DNA from: a virus
Lineage: Duplodnaviria > Caudoviricetes
DNA length: 52,819 nt
Reading direction: 5' to 3' (one strand)
IMG/VR virus record: IMGVR_UViG_3300035703_000127
Location: 1 to 52,819 of that record
The notes under the pieces are model-generated. The model saw only the letters and a list, made by a program, of their open reading frames with translations. It was not told the DNA's origin and ran no database searches. Position 1 is the stretch's first letter. Each line of letters opens with the position of its first letter. The position numbers were made by a program, and so were the translations under genes. Shown piece after piece: positions 8,250 through 18,581 of this stretch.

Positions 8250-9623
8250 CTAAGGCACCAACAGGGGCAGTGAGCTGGCTGCAACTGGAACCTTGACCCA
8301 GCTGGAGGTAATGGGCTCGGTGCGACCAGCCACACCGCAGAGCAGCAGATCGCTGCTGCAGACCACGCCATTGCCGTCGAAGGCCCAGGCAGTGCCGTTG
8401 AGCCGCATCCCGGCGCTGATGCCACCAGCATTGAGGTAGATCGCTGCAAAGGCTTGGCCTGGCAACCGGTCAATGCTGGTGCTGATGTTGCAGCCGTAGG
8501 CGTTGCCGGCAAGCAGGCGATTCATCATGGCGCCGTACTCTCGGGCCGCTGCAGCGGCATTGCCCTGCACCAAGGTGCCGCTGGTGTTGAAGTAATCGTC
8601 TGGCGCATAGGGCATGGTATAGCTCCTCGCCGTGTTGACTTCAAATGCGCTGCTATCGCTTGAGTTAAAGCTGATGCTCCCCTGCGTGGATCCAGGGCTT
8701 GGAGTTGATACTTCCAGGTCATCGATTGTGCCGCCGCCTGGAATCGGATCTGTGGCCGTGAAGGTTCCGCCGCCTCTGTAGGAGTTATAGAAGACTCCAG
8801 GCCCCACCACGTCAGGGTCTATGGCTGCTGGGTTGAGCAGTTCTTCCACTTCACGGCTCTGCTCATCAGGCCGGCCATAGACCGGTGCGCGGCCGATGGA
8901 CGTTCGCACTTCGGTGCCATCGCAGGTGAGCTCCGCTGCCGCATCGATGATCGACTGCAGGCGGCTATCGGTGCCATCCAGGGCTTTGAGCTGCTCGGCA
9001 GCTGACTGCTGCCCTTCTTGGGTCAGCCCTTGCGCCATCCAGCGCGTCACCTTGGTCTTGGTGTGTGTTCTGCCGTTTTCACTTGACGTGAACTCGTCGT
9101 ATTCCGTCAGCGTTTGACTGGCGATAATCGTGACCATCGTTGACGGTTGCAAGTAGCCACCATTCTCCTCATATGGCCCATTGAGTGAATAATCAGTAAT
9201 CGCCAGCGAGCCTGCCAGCTCGACTTCACTGATGTACTCCGTGACCATTTCACGGATTACTTTCGGGCCTTCGCTCGTCACCCGATAGGTGTACTCGGTT
9301 TTGCTCTCTTTGTTAGCATCGCCAGCTGGGAGCCCCAGGCCTCGCTCCAGACGCCACTTCACGTAGGCGGCGTTGACTGCTGCGATGGTGTTGCGTGTTT
9401 CAGAATTGCGCTCGCCGACGACATCTTGCACCTGAGGCTTGCCGTCGTTGTCGAAGTAGTCAGCCTGAACATAAGTTGTTCGCGTTTCTGTCCATTGCGT
9501 ACTGGTCAGGCTGGCAGTGCGTTTCTGGAGTGAACCATCCGCCAAGGTAACGGCATATTCAATCTTGATCTTCGCCGGTGTGCTTACCGTTTTGTCGTAT
9601 TCCCAGTCATAGTCGTATGCCAT
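8250..9623 (-). CDS. Minor tail protein
   Basis: 457 aa in the post-tape-measure cluster; coupled to neighbours. Confidence 0.6.
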   Translation of the reverse strand: MAYDYDWEYDKTVSTPAKIKIEYAVTLADGSLQKRTASLTSTQWTETRTTYVQADYFDNDGKPQVQDVVGERNSETRNTIAAVNAAYVKWRLERGLGLPAGDANKESKTEYTYRVTSEGPKVIREMVTEYISEVELAGSLAITDYSLNGPYEENGGYLQPSTMVTIIASQTLTEYDEFTSSENGRTHTKTKVTRWMAQGLTQEGQQSAAEQLKALDGTDSRLQSIIDAAAELTCDGTEVRTSIGRAPVYGRPDEQSREVEELLNPAAIDPDVVGPGVFYNSYRGGGTFTATDPIPGGGTIDDLEVSTPSPGSTQGSISFNSSDSSAFEVNTARSYTMPYAPDDYFNTSGTLVQGNAAAAAREYGAMMNRLLAGNAYGCNISTSIDRLPGQAFAAIYLNAGGISAGMRLNGTAWAFDGNGVVCSSDLLLCGVAGRTEPITSSWVKVPVAASSLPLLVP

Positions 9624-10333
9624 TAGCTAGCGCTCCGTATCGCTTCAAAGTTCACCGTCACCCTGTCGGCCGGTTCTTCGCCGCCGGCAATGGGCTGCAA
9701 ATCAATGACATCCGCATCTGTGAGCACAGGAGCCGTCCCGATTGCATCAAGCGCCACCTTGCGCACCACCAGCTGCTCTGCCAGGTTCAGTGTGCCGTAA
9801 CAGCAATGGCTTGCTATCAGCTTGCCGATGGTCGCCACATAACCGCTGCTCAGATCCAGCTCTGAACGCAGGAACTGAAACGACAGCGTTTCAGAGCCAC
9901 TGGCCAAGGGGATGCCGATTCTGCCAAGGCAGTACACCAGCGCATCTTGAGCACTGATGGTCGGCGGTCGTGTTGAGCTCGGATTCCACCAGCTTGCTGG
10001 CAGTGCTTCCGCGCGAATCACATCCGAGAGCACCGCCAGGTTCTCCTTGAGCGCGAGCTTGCAGCCCACCTCCAGTGTTGTCGTGCGTTCGTAGGGATTG
10101 GCCGTTGAGCGCAGCACCCGCACGCGCCTGGGGAAGCGCGTGACTGTGCCGACCTGCGGCCGCTCGTAGGCGAGATCCACCAGGGTGCCACGGGCATAGT
10201 TCGCCAGCCCCGCCAGTACCACGGTCCCGGTGGTGCGGATCAGGCCGCTGTCGGAGAGCAGGTCATCGCCAATCTGCCCGGAGAGCACCTCGCCCAGGTT
10301 GCAGATCATCCGGGCCCGGACATCAATCGCCAC
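9623..10333 (-). CDS. Minor tail (hub-like) protein
   Basis: 236 aa; second gene after the tape measure. Confidence 0.55.
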   Translation of the reverse strand: MAIDVRARMICNLGEVLSGQIGDDLLSDSGLIRTTGTVVLAGLANYARGTLVDLAYERPQVGTVTRFPRRVRVLRSTANPYERTTTLEVGCKLALKENLAVLSDVIRAEALPASWWNPSSTRPPTISAQDALVYCLGRIGIPLASGSETLSFQFLRSELDLSSGYVATIGKLIASHCCYGTLNLAEQLVVRKVALDAIGTAPVLTDADVIDLQPIAGGEEPADRVTVNFEAIRSAS

Positions 10334-10336
10334 GGC

Positions 10337-11086
10337 TCAAATCCCCCAGAGATCGATGCTGACGATGCACCGCGTCGTCTTGGTGCCGCTGCTGGTCGTC
10401 ACCTGCCGGCGCTGCATGGTGGGCGCACTGGCGGGGTAGTAACTGCCGCTGCTGGGGGCAGTGATCACCGCGGCCTTGTACCAGGCCTTGATCGCCGTCC
10501 AGCCCGCCTCGGTGGTGTAGCCGTTGAGGCGCTTCACTTCCACCACGCCCAGGGGGCCATTCACCACGATGCCGCCGGCTGCGGTGCGCTCCAGCTGCGG
10601 CCCACCCTCGTAGCCATCGGGCTGATCGAGCAGCGTCAAGGTGGTGCCGCCCAGGTTGAAGGTGCCGTGAATGTTGGCTTCGGCATCTTCCGCCTCCAGC
10701 TCGCGCGATAGCTGCCGCTTGAGGGCGTCAAGTGCCTGGCTGGCATCGATCAGCCCAAAGCTGACGCGGATGAAGGCGCCGGCGGCCTCCCCACTGGGCG
10801 AACTGGTAAACCAGCAGGCGACATTGCTCCAGCTCGTGCCGGCAAATGAGCCACTGAAATTGACCGTCGTACCCGTACTGAGCGACACCGCTGTGTCGGC
10901 ATCAGCCTTTCTGGCGTCGCGCCAGGTTTCAAAGATGCTCAGCAGGCTGAGCCAATCCGCCGGGCGCACCAGGCCCTCGACGTTCCACTGCCGTGGCGCC
11001 AAGCCCGTGGTGGTGTCGCTCTCGGCGTAACCCAGGGGCTGCGCCTGCAGCCGATCGATGGAGAGGGTTTCAAGGGTGACGGCCAT
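10337..11086 (-). CDS. Distal-tail-like protein
   Basis: 249 aa; immediately after the tape measure. Confidence 0.55.
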   Translation of the reverse strand: MAVTLETLSIDRLQAQPLGYAESDTTTGLAPRQWNVEGLVRPADWLSLLSIFETWRDARKADADTAVSLSTGTTVNFSGSFAGTSWSNVACWFTSSPSGEAAGAFIRVSFGLIDASQALDALKRQLSRELEAEDAEANIHGTFNLGGTTLTLLDQPDGYEGGPQLERTAAGGIVVNGPLGVVEVKRLNGYTTEAGWTAIKAWYKAAVITAPSSGSYYPASAPTMQRRQVTTSSGTKTTRCIVSIDLWGI

Positions 11087-11089
11087 GGA

Positions 11090-14000
11090 TCACCGCATGC
11101 GATTGAGCAGGTTGAGGTGACTGGCCCCGCCGTCGTTCCGCACCTTCACATGCACGGCCCAGTCCTTTTCCACCAGGCGATCGACGCTCTGCTGAAGCTT
11201 GCCGATGGCCACGGCCTGATGCGCGATCACCGCTGCGTGATCGCGACTGCCTGAGCGGGAGCGCGCCACCAGGCGCTGACCACTGACCGCGCCTCGGGCC
11301 TGGCCATCCGGGGCAAAGGCGCCCCGTTCTTTGAGCCCCTCGGTGACACCGGCGGGGATCACCAGGCCGCTGGTGGGTGCTGTCCAGAGGCTGTTGGGTG
11401 GCCGGTTGATCAGCGACAGCTGGCCGGTGGAGCTCAGGAAGGATTCCTGGCCGAGGGATCGAGCGGCCGGGCCATCGTTGATTCGCACGGTCTGGCCTGC
11501 ATCCACCGGGCCACCGGTCCAGCGGCTGCCGGGGAGGCCTGAGGCCTTCGCCAGGGTGTTGTAGAAGGTCTGGGCTGCAGTTGCTGCAGCCTGCATGGCG
11601 CTGCGCAAACCACCAGCGGAGCCCGAGGCACGGCTGAGGTTCTCGGCCATCTGGGCGGTGGCCACCACGCGGGCATCGCCAGCAGCCTGGCCCAGGGCCT
11701 GGTTGATCGGCTTGAGGGATGCAGGGTTGGCGTTCTTACCGATGTTCCCGGTCTGGGTGGCGGCCTCGCCGGCCTGGGTTGCAGCACCGCCGAGCTCCTT
11801 GGTCACAGCACCAACAGCCCCCTGGGCGGCTCCCAGGTTCTTCTGGATGCCGGCGGTGTTGGTGGAGGTGGCTGAGGCCTGGGTAGCGGCTTGCCCCAGT
11901 CCCGTGCTGGTCTGCTGCGCATAGCCGGCGGTACTGCGCAGGGCCTGATCCACCGCGCTGCTGGCACTGGCAGTGTTGCTGGCGCCGGTGGTGGCGGCCT
12001 GGAAGTTGACCTGTAGCTGGTTGGCTGCACCCGCGGCGGCCTGGGTCGCTGTTGCGGCCTGGGTGGTCTGCTGGCTGAGCACGATGCTGCCGTCAGCCGC
12101 TCGCTTGGCCACCACCTCCACCGCTGCCATCCCCTGGCCCAGTGATGCGGTGGCCTGAGTGGACCGAGCGACGGCGCCATAGAACCCCTGCCCGGCGGCC
12201 TCGGCCTTGAGGCTGTTGACGGCCGTTTCGTTGGTGGCCTGGGCGATCGCCCGCTCCAGCGGTTGGATCTGCCCCAGCAGGCCCACGTTCTCCTGGCTCA
12301 GGCCCACCGCCTGTTGCTTGAGCTGCACCTGCTGAGCGGCTGCGGCCACGCCGGCGGCGTCGTTCTTGGCGGTGGCCTCGGCCAGCTTGGCCTGGGCATC
12401 CAGCAGCTCGTTCTTGGCCTGGATCACCGAGAGGTTGGCGTCGATCTGCGCCTTCCGCTGGCTGATCTCCAGCAGCCGCGCTTCGATCACCTGCTGCTGC
12501 GCCAGGGCATTGGCCTTGGCCTGCAGCGCCTGGGCCTCCAGCTGGCGGTTGGCCTGGCGGATCTTGTTCAGCTCCCCTTCGCTGGCGCCGGCCTCCTGTG
12601 CGCGCTGCAGCTCGTACTGGCCGCGGGCCTTGGCGATGGAGAAGCGGGACTGCTCCAGGTCCGCCATCGCCTTCCCGTAGGACAGGGCCATGGTCATCAG
12701 CTGCTGATCACCGCCGGTCTTGCTGGCCTCGGCGTTCAGGGCCATCAGCTTCTGGGTGAGGCTGCTGGCGGACTCGCCCTGCTGCTGGAGCTTTTCGGCC
12801 ACCAGACCCCGCTTGACGGCCTCAGCATCCAGCTGCTGCAGCTGCACGGTGCTGATTTGCACCTGGGACTTGGCGGCCTTGGCCAGGGTCTCGTAGTTGG
12901 CAGCGAGCTCCGGCTGGTTGTTGGCCCGGGCGGCCACAGCCAGATCGGTGAACTTCGCGGCCAGGTTCTCCGATGCGGTGATGGAGAACCCGAGCGCCCT
13001 GCGGTTCTGGTCGAGCTCGCCGGTCAGCTGCCCAACCTGCTCTGCCGGCACCGTCCCGTCGATCGTCGCCAGCTTCTCGCGGAACGCGGCGGCTTTCTGA
13101 GCAGCCTTGCCAATCTGCTCATCGAACTGCTCGAACTGATCGCCCGCCTCGATGATCGCCTGGTTCTCGCCGGCCACCTGGTAGGCCTCGCGGGTTTTGT
13201 CGATCAGCCACTGCAGGCCCTGGAGTACGGCGCCGATCGGGGAGTTCTTGAGCGCCGTCCACATCCCCTGGAGGGCCATGGCGGCGAGCTTGCCCACGCC
13301 AGGGATCTCCCGCACCTTCTCCACCAGGCCCTCGAACGACTTGCCGAGGTTGCGGGTGATCTCCGCCACCGGTCCGCCCTGGCGGCCGAAGTCCTGGAAG
13401 CTCACCCCGGTGCCCTTGAGGTCCCGCCCCAGCTGCTCCACCACCGGACCGACGCTCGCGGTCACCTGGCGGGACTGGCCCATGATCTGGTTGTAGCCCA
13501 GCACTGCCGGCACCACGGCGGCGGCTGCGATGGCCAGGGGCCCCAGTGCTGCCGCGGCTGAGGCGAACCCTGCCGCCACCTGCCCGCCGCTCAGTCCCGC
13601 CGCGCCAGCCAGCACCCGGCTGAGCCCGGTCATGGCGTTGGCAGCGCCCGTGGCACCAGCGGTCATCGAACCCTGCAGCACGGCCGCGGTGCCCTTGAGA
13701 CCGGTCTGGGCCATAGCGGAGTTGGCCGCCATGGTGCGCAGGCTGTTGCCCAGCAGCGAGGCCCCAGTGGCGGCATTGGCCAGGCCGCCCCGCAGCCCGG
13801 TGATGCCGTTCTGCACCAGGGCCTGGAGGGCTAGGCCACCGGTCTTGGCACCGCCGGCGATGGCCTGGCCCAGCTGCTGGAACCCCGCCACCGCCTGGGC
13901 GGCGTTGAGGGACTTGAGGCCCTGCACGATCTTGGCCAGCCCGGCCACTGCTGCATTGGCGCTGTTGGCGTTGAACCCGGCCGACAGCTTCTGCCAGGCG

Positions 14001-16240
14001 ACAGCAGCACCGGCCAGATCGCGCTTGAACTCCATCCGCAGGAACCGGCTCAGCACCTGCAGTTCCTTGATCGCCCCGGCGACCATGGGCTGTTGCACGG
14101 CCCGGCCGAAGGCCACGGCTGCCACCTTCGCGGCCACGTAGGCCCCCGTCAGCGTCACGAGGGTGGCGGCCAGGGCGCGGATCGGCCCGGGCATCGCCGC
14201 CACCGTTCCAAGCACCAGGTTGGCGAGGTTGAGGAACGGCGCGAGCCCCGCCGACAGCACCTTGCCGAAACTGCTGGTGATCACCCCCAGGGCGCCCTCC
14301 AGCTGCATCAGGGCCATCTGGAAGCCCTGCATGCCGCCGCGGGCCACATCCGTTGATCCCTTGGCGTTGCGGATCGTCTCGTACATCCCAGAGATGGCCT
14401 GTTCGCTCTGGTTGATCACCGCCAGGAACTTGCTGCCGGCCTCATCCCCGAAGATCGCGCTGGCCAGTTCCACCTGGGCCGCCACCTCCATCTGCCCCAT
14501 CGAATCCTTCAGGGAGAGGAACACCTGATCGAGGGGCTTGAGGGTGCCCTGGGTGGTGGTCACCTCCGCCCCGAGCATCTTCATGGCGTTGGTGAGCTTC
14601 TCCTGCCCCTTGGAGAGCCCCAGGCTTTCGCCACTGGCACCGGCGGCGGCCTTCTGCAGGCGCTGCAGGCCGGTGCGCAGGCCGGTGCCGGCCACGGAGG
14701 CATCGATGCCGGCGTTGGCCATCAGGCCGGCCGTGGCGGCCAGATCCTCCAGGCTCACCTTGAGGGTGTTGGCGACCGGTGCGGCGTACTGGAACGTGTA
14801 GCCGAGGCCCTCCACGCTGGCGTTGGAGGCGTTGGCGGTCTTCACCAGCACGTCCACCACTCGGCTGGTCTGATCCACCTGCAGGCCAAAGCCCCGCAGG
14901 GTGTTGCCGACGATCGAACCCATGTTGTCGAAGCTGGTGCCGGTGGCCTCAGCGCCCCGCACCACTCCAGCAAGGGCCACCTCCACCTCGCCGACCTTGT
15001 AGCCGGCGCGCACCAGGGACGTGGCCAGCTCGGCCACCTGCTTCTGGGTGCCAGCGGCTTCAATGCCCACCTTCTCGATCACGGCCTCCAGGCGCTCGTA
15101 GGCGCCGGGCTCCTCGGCGGCGGTAGCGGCCTTGCGGATCTCGGTGTCGAGGGCGGTGAACTCACCGATCAGCGAGCGGATGCGACCGAGGGCCGACCCC
15201 ATCGCATTGGTGAGGGTGTTTGCAAGGGAAAAGCTGATGCCGGCCATGGCGGCCTGCATCACCCCGCCCTGGCGGCTGGCATTGGTGAAGCCACTGCTCA
15301 GTCGCTCCAGCCCCGCCTGCCCCTGGGTGGTCTGCCCGGTGAACGTCGCCAGGCTGCGCGCGGCCCCATCGAGAGCGGGGTTGAGCTGGCGCAGCTTGTC
15401 GAGCTCCTTCTGGGGAACGATCTCCCCCTTGGGCGTCTCAAACCGCAGCTTGACGGTGTTGAAGACCAGCCCCACTTCCCGCGCAGCCTTCTGGGCCTGA
15501 TTCACCACAGCGGCGAACAGGGCCTTGTTCTGATCGACGCCACGGCCGATCCCCTGCCCCAGGGCCTGACCGATCTGCACGCCACTGCCGCTGGCCGCAC
15601 CCTGGCCGGCGGCGAATACCCGCTTGAACTGCGCCGGCAGGACCCCATCGAGGCTGCTGCCAATCCCGGATCCCAGGCCACTGCCGAGGTTCACCCCGGC
15701 CTGACGGCTGGAGCTGCTGGCGGCGCCGACGGCCTTGAGGAACGCCGGGGGTAGCTGGCTCTGCAGGCTGCCCCCGGCACCCTGGGCCAGGGCGGTGCCG
15801 AACTGCTTGCCGGACTGGCTGGCTGCGCTGCTGCCAGAACCAAGGGCCCTGTTCAGGGCTGCGGGGATCGTGCTGCTGACGCTGCTGGCCACCCCGGAGG
15901 CCAGGGCGGTGCCCAGCTGTTTGCCACTGCTGCCGGCGGAGCTGTTGGCGCCAGTGAGCGCTTTCTGCAGGCTGGAGGGGATGGCGCGCCCTACCTGGGC
16001 GCTGACGCCGGCGGCGAGGCTGCGCCCCAGGGCGGCGCCGCTGCTGGCAGCACCGCTCTCGGCGTTCTGCAGCGCCTTGCTCAGGCTGCTGGGGATCAGG
16101 GAGGAGGCGCGGCTGGCCACACCACGCCCCAGGCTTTCGCCGGCCCGGGCGCCGGTGGCTGCTGCCTGCTGCTCAAACTGCTTGAGGCCCTCCAGCAGAC
16201 CCCGTGGGTCGAGGCCGCCGCTGATCGTGAAGTCAGACAC
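11090..16240 (-). CDS. Tail tape measure protein (TP901-like core)
   Basis: 1716 aa, Ala/Gly-rich helical; core motif GYTFQYAAPVA...EDLAATAGLMANAGIDASVAGTGLR...ASAIFGDEA. Confidence 0.92.
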   Translation of the reverse strand: MSDFTISGGLDPRGLLEGLKQFEQQAAATGARAGESLGRGVASRASSLIPSSLSKALQNAESGAASSGAALGRSLAAGVSAQVGRAIPSSLQKALTGANSSAGSSGKQLGTALASGVASSVSSTIPAALNRALGSGSSAASQSGKQFGTALAQGAGGSLQSQLPPAFLKAVGAASSSSRQAGVNLGSGLGSGIGSSLDGVLPAQFKRVFAAGQGAASGSGVQIGQALGQGIGRGVDQNKALFAAVVNQAQKAAREVGLVFNTVKLRFETPKGEIVPQKELDKLRQLNPALDGAARSLATFTGQTTQGQAGLERLSSGFTNASRQGGVMQAAMAGISFSLANTLTNAMGSALGRIRSLIGEFTALDTEIRKAATAAEEPGAYERLEAVIEKVGIEAAGTQKQVAELATSLVRAGYKVGEVEVALAGVVRGAEATGTSFDNMGSIVGNTLRGFGLQVDQTSRVVDVLVKTANASNASVEGLGYTFQYAAPVANTLKVSLEDLAATAGLMANAGIDASVAGTGLRTGLQRLQKAAAGASGESLGLSKGQEKLTNAMKMLGAEVTTTQGTLKPLDQVFLSLKDSMGQMEVAAQVELASAIFGDEAGSKFLAVINQSEQAISGMYETIRNAKGSTDVARGGMQGFQMALMQLEGALGVITSSFGKVLSAGLAPFLNLANLVLGTVAAMPGPIRALAATLVTLTGAYVAAKVAAVAFGRAVQQPMVAGAIKELQVLSRFLRMEFKRDLAGAAVAWQKLSAGFNANSANAAVAGLAKIVQGLKSLNAAQAVAGFQQLGQAIAGGAKTGGLALQALVQNGITGLRGGLANAATGASLLGNSLRTMAANSAMAQTGLKGTAAVLQGSMTAGATGAANAMTGLSRVLAGAAGLSGGQVAAGFASAAAALGPLAIAAAAVVPAVLGYNQIMGQSRQVTASVGPVVEQLGRDLKGTGVSFQDFGRQGGPVAEITRNLGKSFEGLVEKVREIPGVGKLAAMALQGMWTALKNSPIGAVLQGLQWLIDKTREAYQVAGENQAIIEAGDQFEQFDEQIGKAAQKAAAFREKLATIDGTVPAEQVGQLTGELDQNRRALGFSITASENLAAKFTDLAVAARANNQPELAANYETLAKAAKSQVQISTVQLQQLDAEAVKRGLVAEKLQQQGESASSLTQKLMALNAEASKTGGDQQLMTMALSYGKAMADLEQSRFSIAKARGQYELQRAQEAGASEGELNKIRQANRQLEAQALQAKANALAQQQVIEARLLEISQRKAQIDANLSVIQAKNELLDAQAKLAEATAKNDAAGVAAAAQQVQLKQQAVGLSQENVGLLGQIQPLERAIAQATNETAVNSLKAEAAGQGFYGAVARSTQATASLGQGMAAVEVVAKRAADGSIVLSQQTTQAATATQAAAGAANQLQVNFQAATTGASNTASASSAVDQALRSTAGYAQQTSTGLGQAATQASATSTNTAGIQKNLGAAQGAVGAVTKELGGAATQAGEAATQTGNIGKNANPASLKPINQALGQAAGDARVVATAQMAENLSRASGSAGGLRSAMQAAATAAQTFYNTLAKASGLPGSRWTGGPVDAGQTVRINDGPAARSLGQESFLSSTGQLSLINRPPNSLWTAPTSGLVIPAGVTEGLKERGAFAPDGQARGAVSGQRLVARSRSGSRDHAAVIAHQAVAIGKLQQSVDRLVEKDWAVHVKVRNDGGASHLNLLNRMR

Positions 16241-16243
16241 TGA

Positions 16244-16687
16244 TCACACCTCCGCAGGAATCACCACGGCCGGGTTGCTCCAGCGCACCACCGCCTGGGC
16301 CAGCCCGGTGGTGACGCCCGGCAGGGTCACGTCGTTCCAGGCCGCACCCGGCAGCAGCGCCACCAGACGCTCCAGCACCGCCTCGTACTGCCAGTCCCCC
16401 AGATTCGGCGGCTGCCACTGGGTCACCGTGAGCCGCCAGGTGGGGTTCAGCTGCTGCTCGCCGGTGGCCCAGGGCTGCGGGGCAGTACTGCTCTGGCGGC
16501 GGATCACCACCTCCACGCCCTGGGGCTCCACACCGGGGGGCATGGACTCGTTGGGCCAGAGCACCGCCAGGGCGCTCAGCACGGTGCCATCGCTGAAGCG
16601 ATAGCTCCCCAGCAGCGCCATCAGCGCCGCATCCGCCTCCAGCCAGTCGTAGATCGCCTGGGGATCGGTGGGGTAGGGACTGGCCAT
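16244..16687 (-). CDS. Putative tail terminator/completion protein
   Basis: 147 aa; QAIYDWLEADAALMALLG N-terminus typical of terminators. Confidence 0.55.
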   Translation of the reverse strand: MASPYPTDPQAIYDWLEADAALMALLGSYRFSDGTVLSALAVLWPNESMPPGVEPQGVEVVIRRQSSTAPQPWATGEQQLNPTWRLTVTQWQPPNLGDWQYEAVLERLVALLPGAAWNDVTLPGVTTGLAQAVVRWSNPAVVIPAEV

Positions 16688-16690
16688 GCT

Positions 16691-16722
16691 CCAGGTTTCC
16701 GGCCAGCGGCGCGGAAAGCTCG
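16691..16722. promoter_or_regulatory. Back-to-back copies of the GGAAA(C/G)CT putative late promoter
   Basis: Minus-strand GGAAACCTGG (16691-16700) and plus-strand GGAAAGCTCG (16713-16722), each facing a gene. Confidence 0.6.
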
Positions 16723-16743
16723 GGCATTCTTCGGGCAGGGCCG

Positions 16744-16989
16744 ATGGCCTGCAGGCAATGCCAGCGCTGCGGCGCCCGCTGGATCGATGGCCAGCTCTAC
16801 TGGGCCACCGGCAAGCCCGGGAGTGATCTGGACCTGGCGGGGCTGGTGTGCAACCTGGCCAATGACCCCAACTGCGCCAATCCCCTCAAGGGCGCGACCG
16901 GCGGCGACAGCTGGGAGAAGCGCGCCGGCCGGGCTGAGGCCTTCATCGAGGCCCTAGGGCAGGAGATCGATCGGGCCAGCGAGCGCTGA
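16744..16989 (+). CDS. Small Cys-rich conserved protein of cyanophage type
   Basis: CQRCGARWIDGQLYWATGKPG..LDLAGLVCN...CANPLKG..GGDSW; has its own motif copy upstream. Confidence 0.7.
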   Translation: MACRQCQRCGARWIDGQLYWATGKPGSDLDLAGLVCNLANDPNCANPLKGATGGDSWEKRAGRAEAFIEALGQEIDRASER

Positions 16990-16995
16990 GGGCAC

Positions 16996-17023
16996 AAAAA
17001 ACCCCGCCAGGGTGATGGCGGGG
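16996..17023 (-). terminator. Rho-independent terminator after tail tube gene
   Basis: Minus strand CCCCGCCA-TCACCC-TGGCGGGG-TTTTTT. Confidence 0.8.
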
Positions 17024-17069
17024 CGGTGAGTCCAGGAGCTGCTCTCACCCGAGCGTTTCAGCTTGCCGA

Positions 17070-17666
17070 TCAGGAGCTGAAATCGAGGGCATAGGGGCCG
17101 TAGAACTCAAAGCTGCAGCTCCAGCTGACGATCGATCCGGCCTCGTTGTTCTCGTTGTAACCGGTGAAGCGACCGAAGCCGTACACCGTTTCGGTGGAGC
17201 CCACCGGGCCAATCCGCGCCAGCTTGGCCATCAGGTTCTTGCTGACGGAGTTGCGCTCACACAGCCGCAGCACCTTGTAGGCCGCGTCGGTGAAGTTGGC
17301 GTTGCCGGCCAGCTCGATCACCGCCGACTTGGAGGTAGCGATCGAGGTGGAGAAGCCCTCGGTCTCGTCGTCGTAGGTCAGCGAGGTCTCGCTGTTGGTG
17401 TCGGTGGAGAGGGTGGCGCTGGTCAGGCCCAGGAGCCGCAGCGGATCATCGGAGCCATCGAGGGCCAGGGCCGTGGTGCCAACGGTGAGGCCATAGGGGG
17501 TGGTGGTCTCGGTGACGGCTGCGCTGTTGGAGAGGGGGGCCGTGTTGTCGATGAACTTGCCAGCACCCAGGCCGCCGGCGCTCAGCTCCGCCAGATCCAG
17601 CTCAGTGGAGAGCAGCGGCACGATGTAGACCTTGTAGCCAAAGGCCTGGGAGAAGTTGGAGGCCAT
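17070..17666 (-). CDS. Major tail (tube) protein
   Basis: 198 aa; TYDDETEGFSTSIATSKS...YGFGRFTGYNE...IVSWSCSFEFYG; followed by a terminator. Confidence 0.75.
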   Translation of the reverse strand: MASNFSQAFGYKVYIVPLLSTELDLAELSAGGLGAGKFIDNTAPLSNSAAVTETTTPYGLTVGTTALALDGSDDPLRLLGLTSATLSTDTNSETSLTYDDETEGFSTSIATSKSAVIELAGNANFTDAAYKVLRLCERNSVSKNLMAKLARIGPVGSTETVYGFGRFTGYNENNEAGSIVSWSCSFEFYGPYALDFSS

Positions 17667-17767
17667 GGGGACCCGCAGAACGCTGCCCTAGGGGTCCCGC
17701 TCCGCTAAGGCGCCCCAGTGGCTTACAGGGCCATGGCAAACCAAGGGGCCACCGTGGCCCATAAGCC

Positions 17768-18070
17768 TTGAGCCGTTGCTGCTACCCGCCGGGGGTGTCC
17801 TTCTGCCCGCACAACAAGCAACGGCCGTTCCAGGCCCGCATCCAGTGGCGGGGCCGGCGGATCAGCCTGGGTTACTTCCGCTCGATTGCTGAGGCGGAGG
17901 GCCGTCGCAATGCGGTGCTGGCGGAGATTCGGCAATGGGAAGGATCGAACCTGCCTCCGCCATCACTGCTCCAGCGCTGGCGACAGCAGCCGGAATCACC
18001 AGCTCCAGCGTCTCCCCATCCTCTGAGTGCAGCAGACGGCGCTGACCCGCCGCCTCGGCCTCCGCAATGA
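17768..18070 (+). CDS. AP2-domain DNA-binding protein
   Basis: YPPGVSF...RPFQARIQWRGRRISLGYFRSIAEA matches the AP2 pattern; 3' end overlaps the convergent chaperone gene. Confidence 0.6.
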   Translation: MSRCCYPPGVSFCPHNKQRPFQARIQWRGRRISLGYFRSIAEAEGRRNAVLAEIRQWEGSNLPPPSLLQRWRQQPESPAPASPHPLSAADGADPPPRPPQ

Positions 18071-18581
18071 GGAAGCCCCCCCAGTGCTCGGCATCCACCA
18101 CGTAGGGGGCCAGCAGCAGGGCATCGTCACCAATCCAGGCCAGCCGCGGGGGGAGCTGATCGGGATCGGCCACGGCCTTGAGCTCCTTGAAGAACGCCAG
18201 CGAGAAACTGGGCAGCAGCCCCCGGCGCTCCAGCTCCAGCAGGGCCGCACCAGCGGCCGCAGGCGGTTTGGCGCTGCCTTCGTCCTGGTGGAAGAACTGG
18301 AAGTCGCGCAGGGCAAAGGGCTTGCGCTGTTTCTTGGGATCGCGCGCCTGGTTGGCCGTCAGACAGGTGAGCTGGGCGATGGGGAGCTCGTGGCACTGGA
18401 GCCTTTCGCGCTCCTGCCGTTCGCCGGCTTCGAGGGCGCTGAGGAGGTAGGCGATGGTGTTAGCGCCAAAGCGGTCTGGTCGGAACTCATCGGCTCCGGG
18501 GTAGAGGGTTCGCAGTCGCCAGTAGATCCGCTCCCAGTCGGGTTCGGCGGGCGGTTGCCAGGTGCCGGCGGCAATTTTCCC
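17862..18581 (-). CDS. Tail assembly chaperone, -1 frameshift extension (GT-like)
   Basis: Open in the -1 frame from the slippery site GGGAAAA (18575-18581): GKIAAGTWQPPAEPDWERIYWRL... Confidence 0.7.
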   Translation of the reverse strand, partial: GKIAAGTWQPPAEPDWERIYWRLRTLYPGADEFRPDRFGANTIAYLLSALEAGERQERERLQCHELPIAQLTCLTANQARDPKKQRKPFALRDFQFFHQDEGSAKPPAAAGAALLELERRGLLPSFSLAFFKELKAVADPDQLPPRLAWIGDDALLLAPYVVDAEHWGGFLIAEAEAAGQRRLLHSEDGETLELVIPAAVASAGAVMAEAGSILPIAESPPAPHCDGPPPQQSSGSNPG

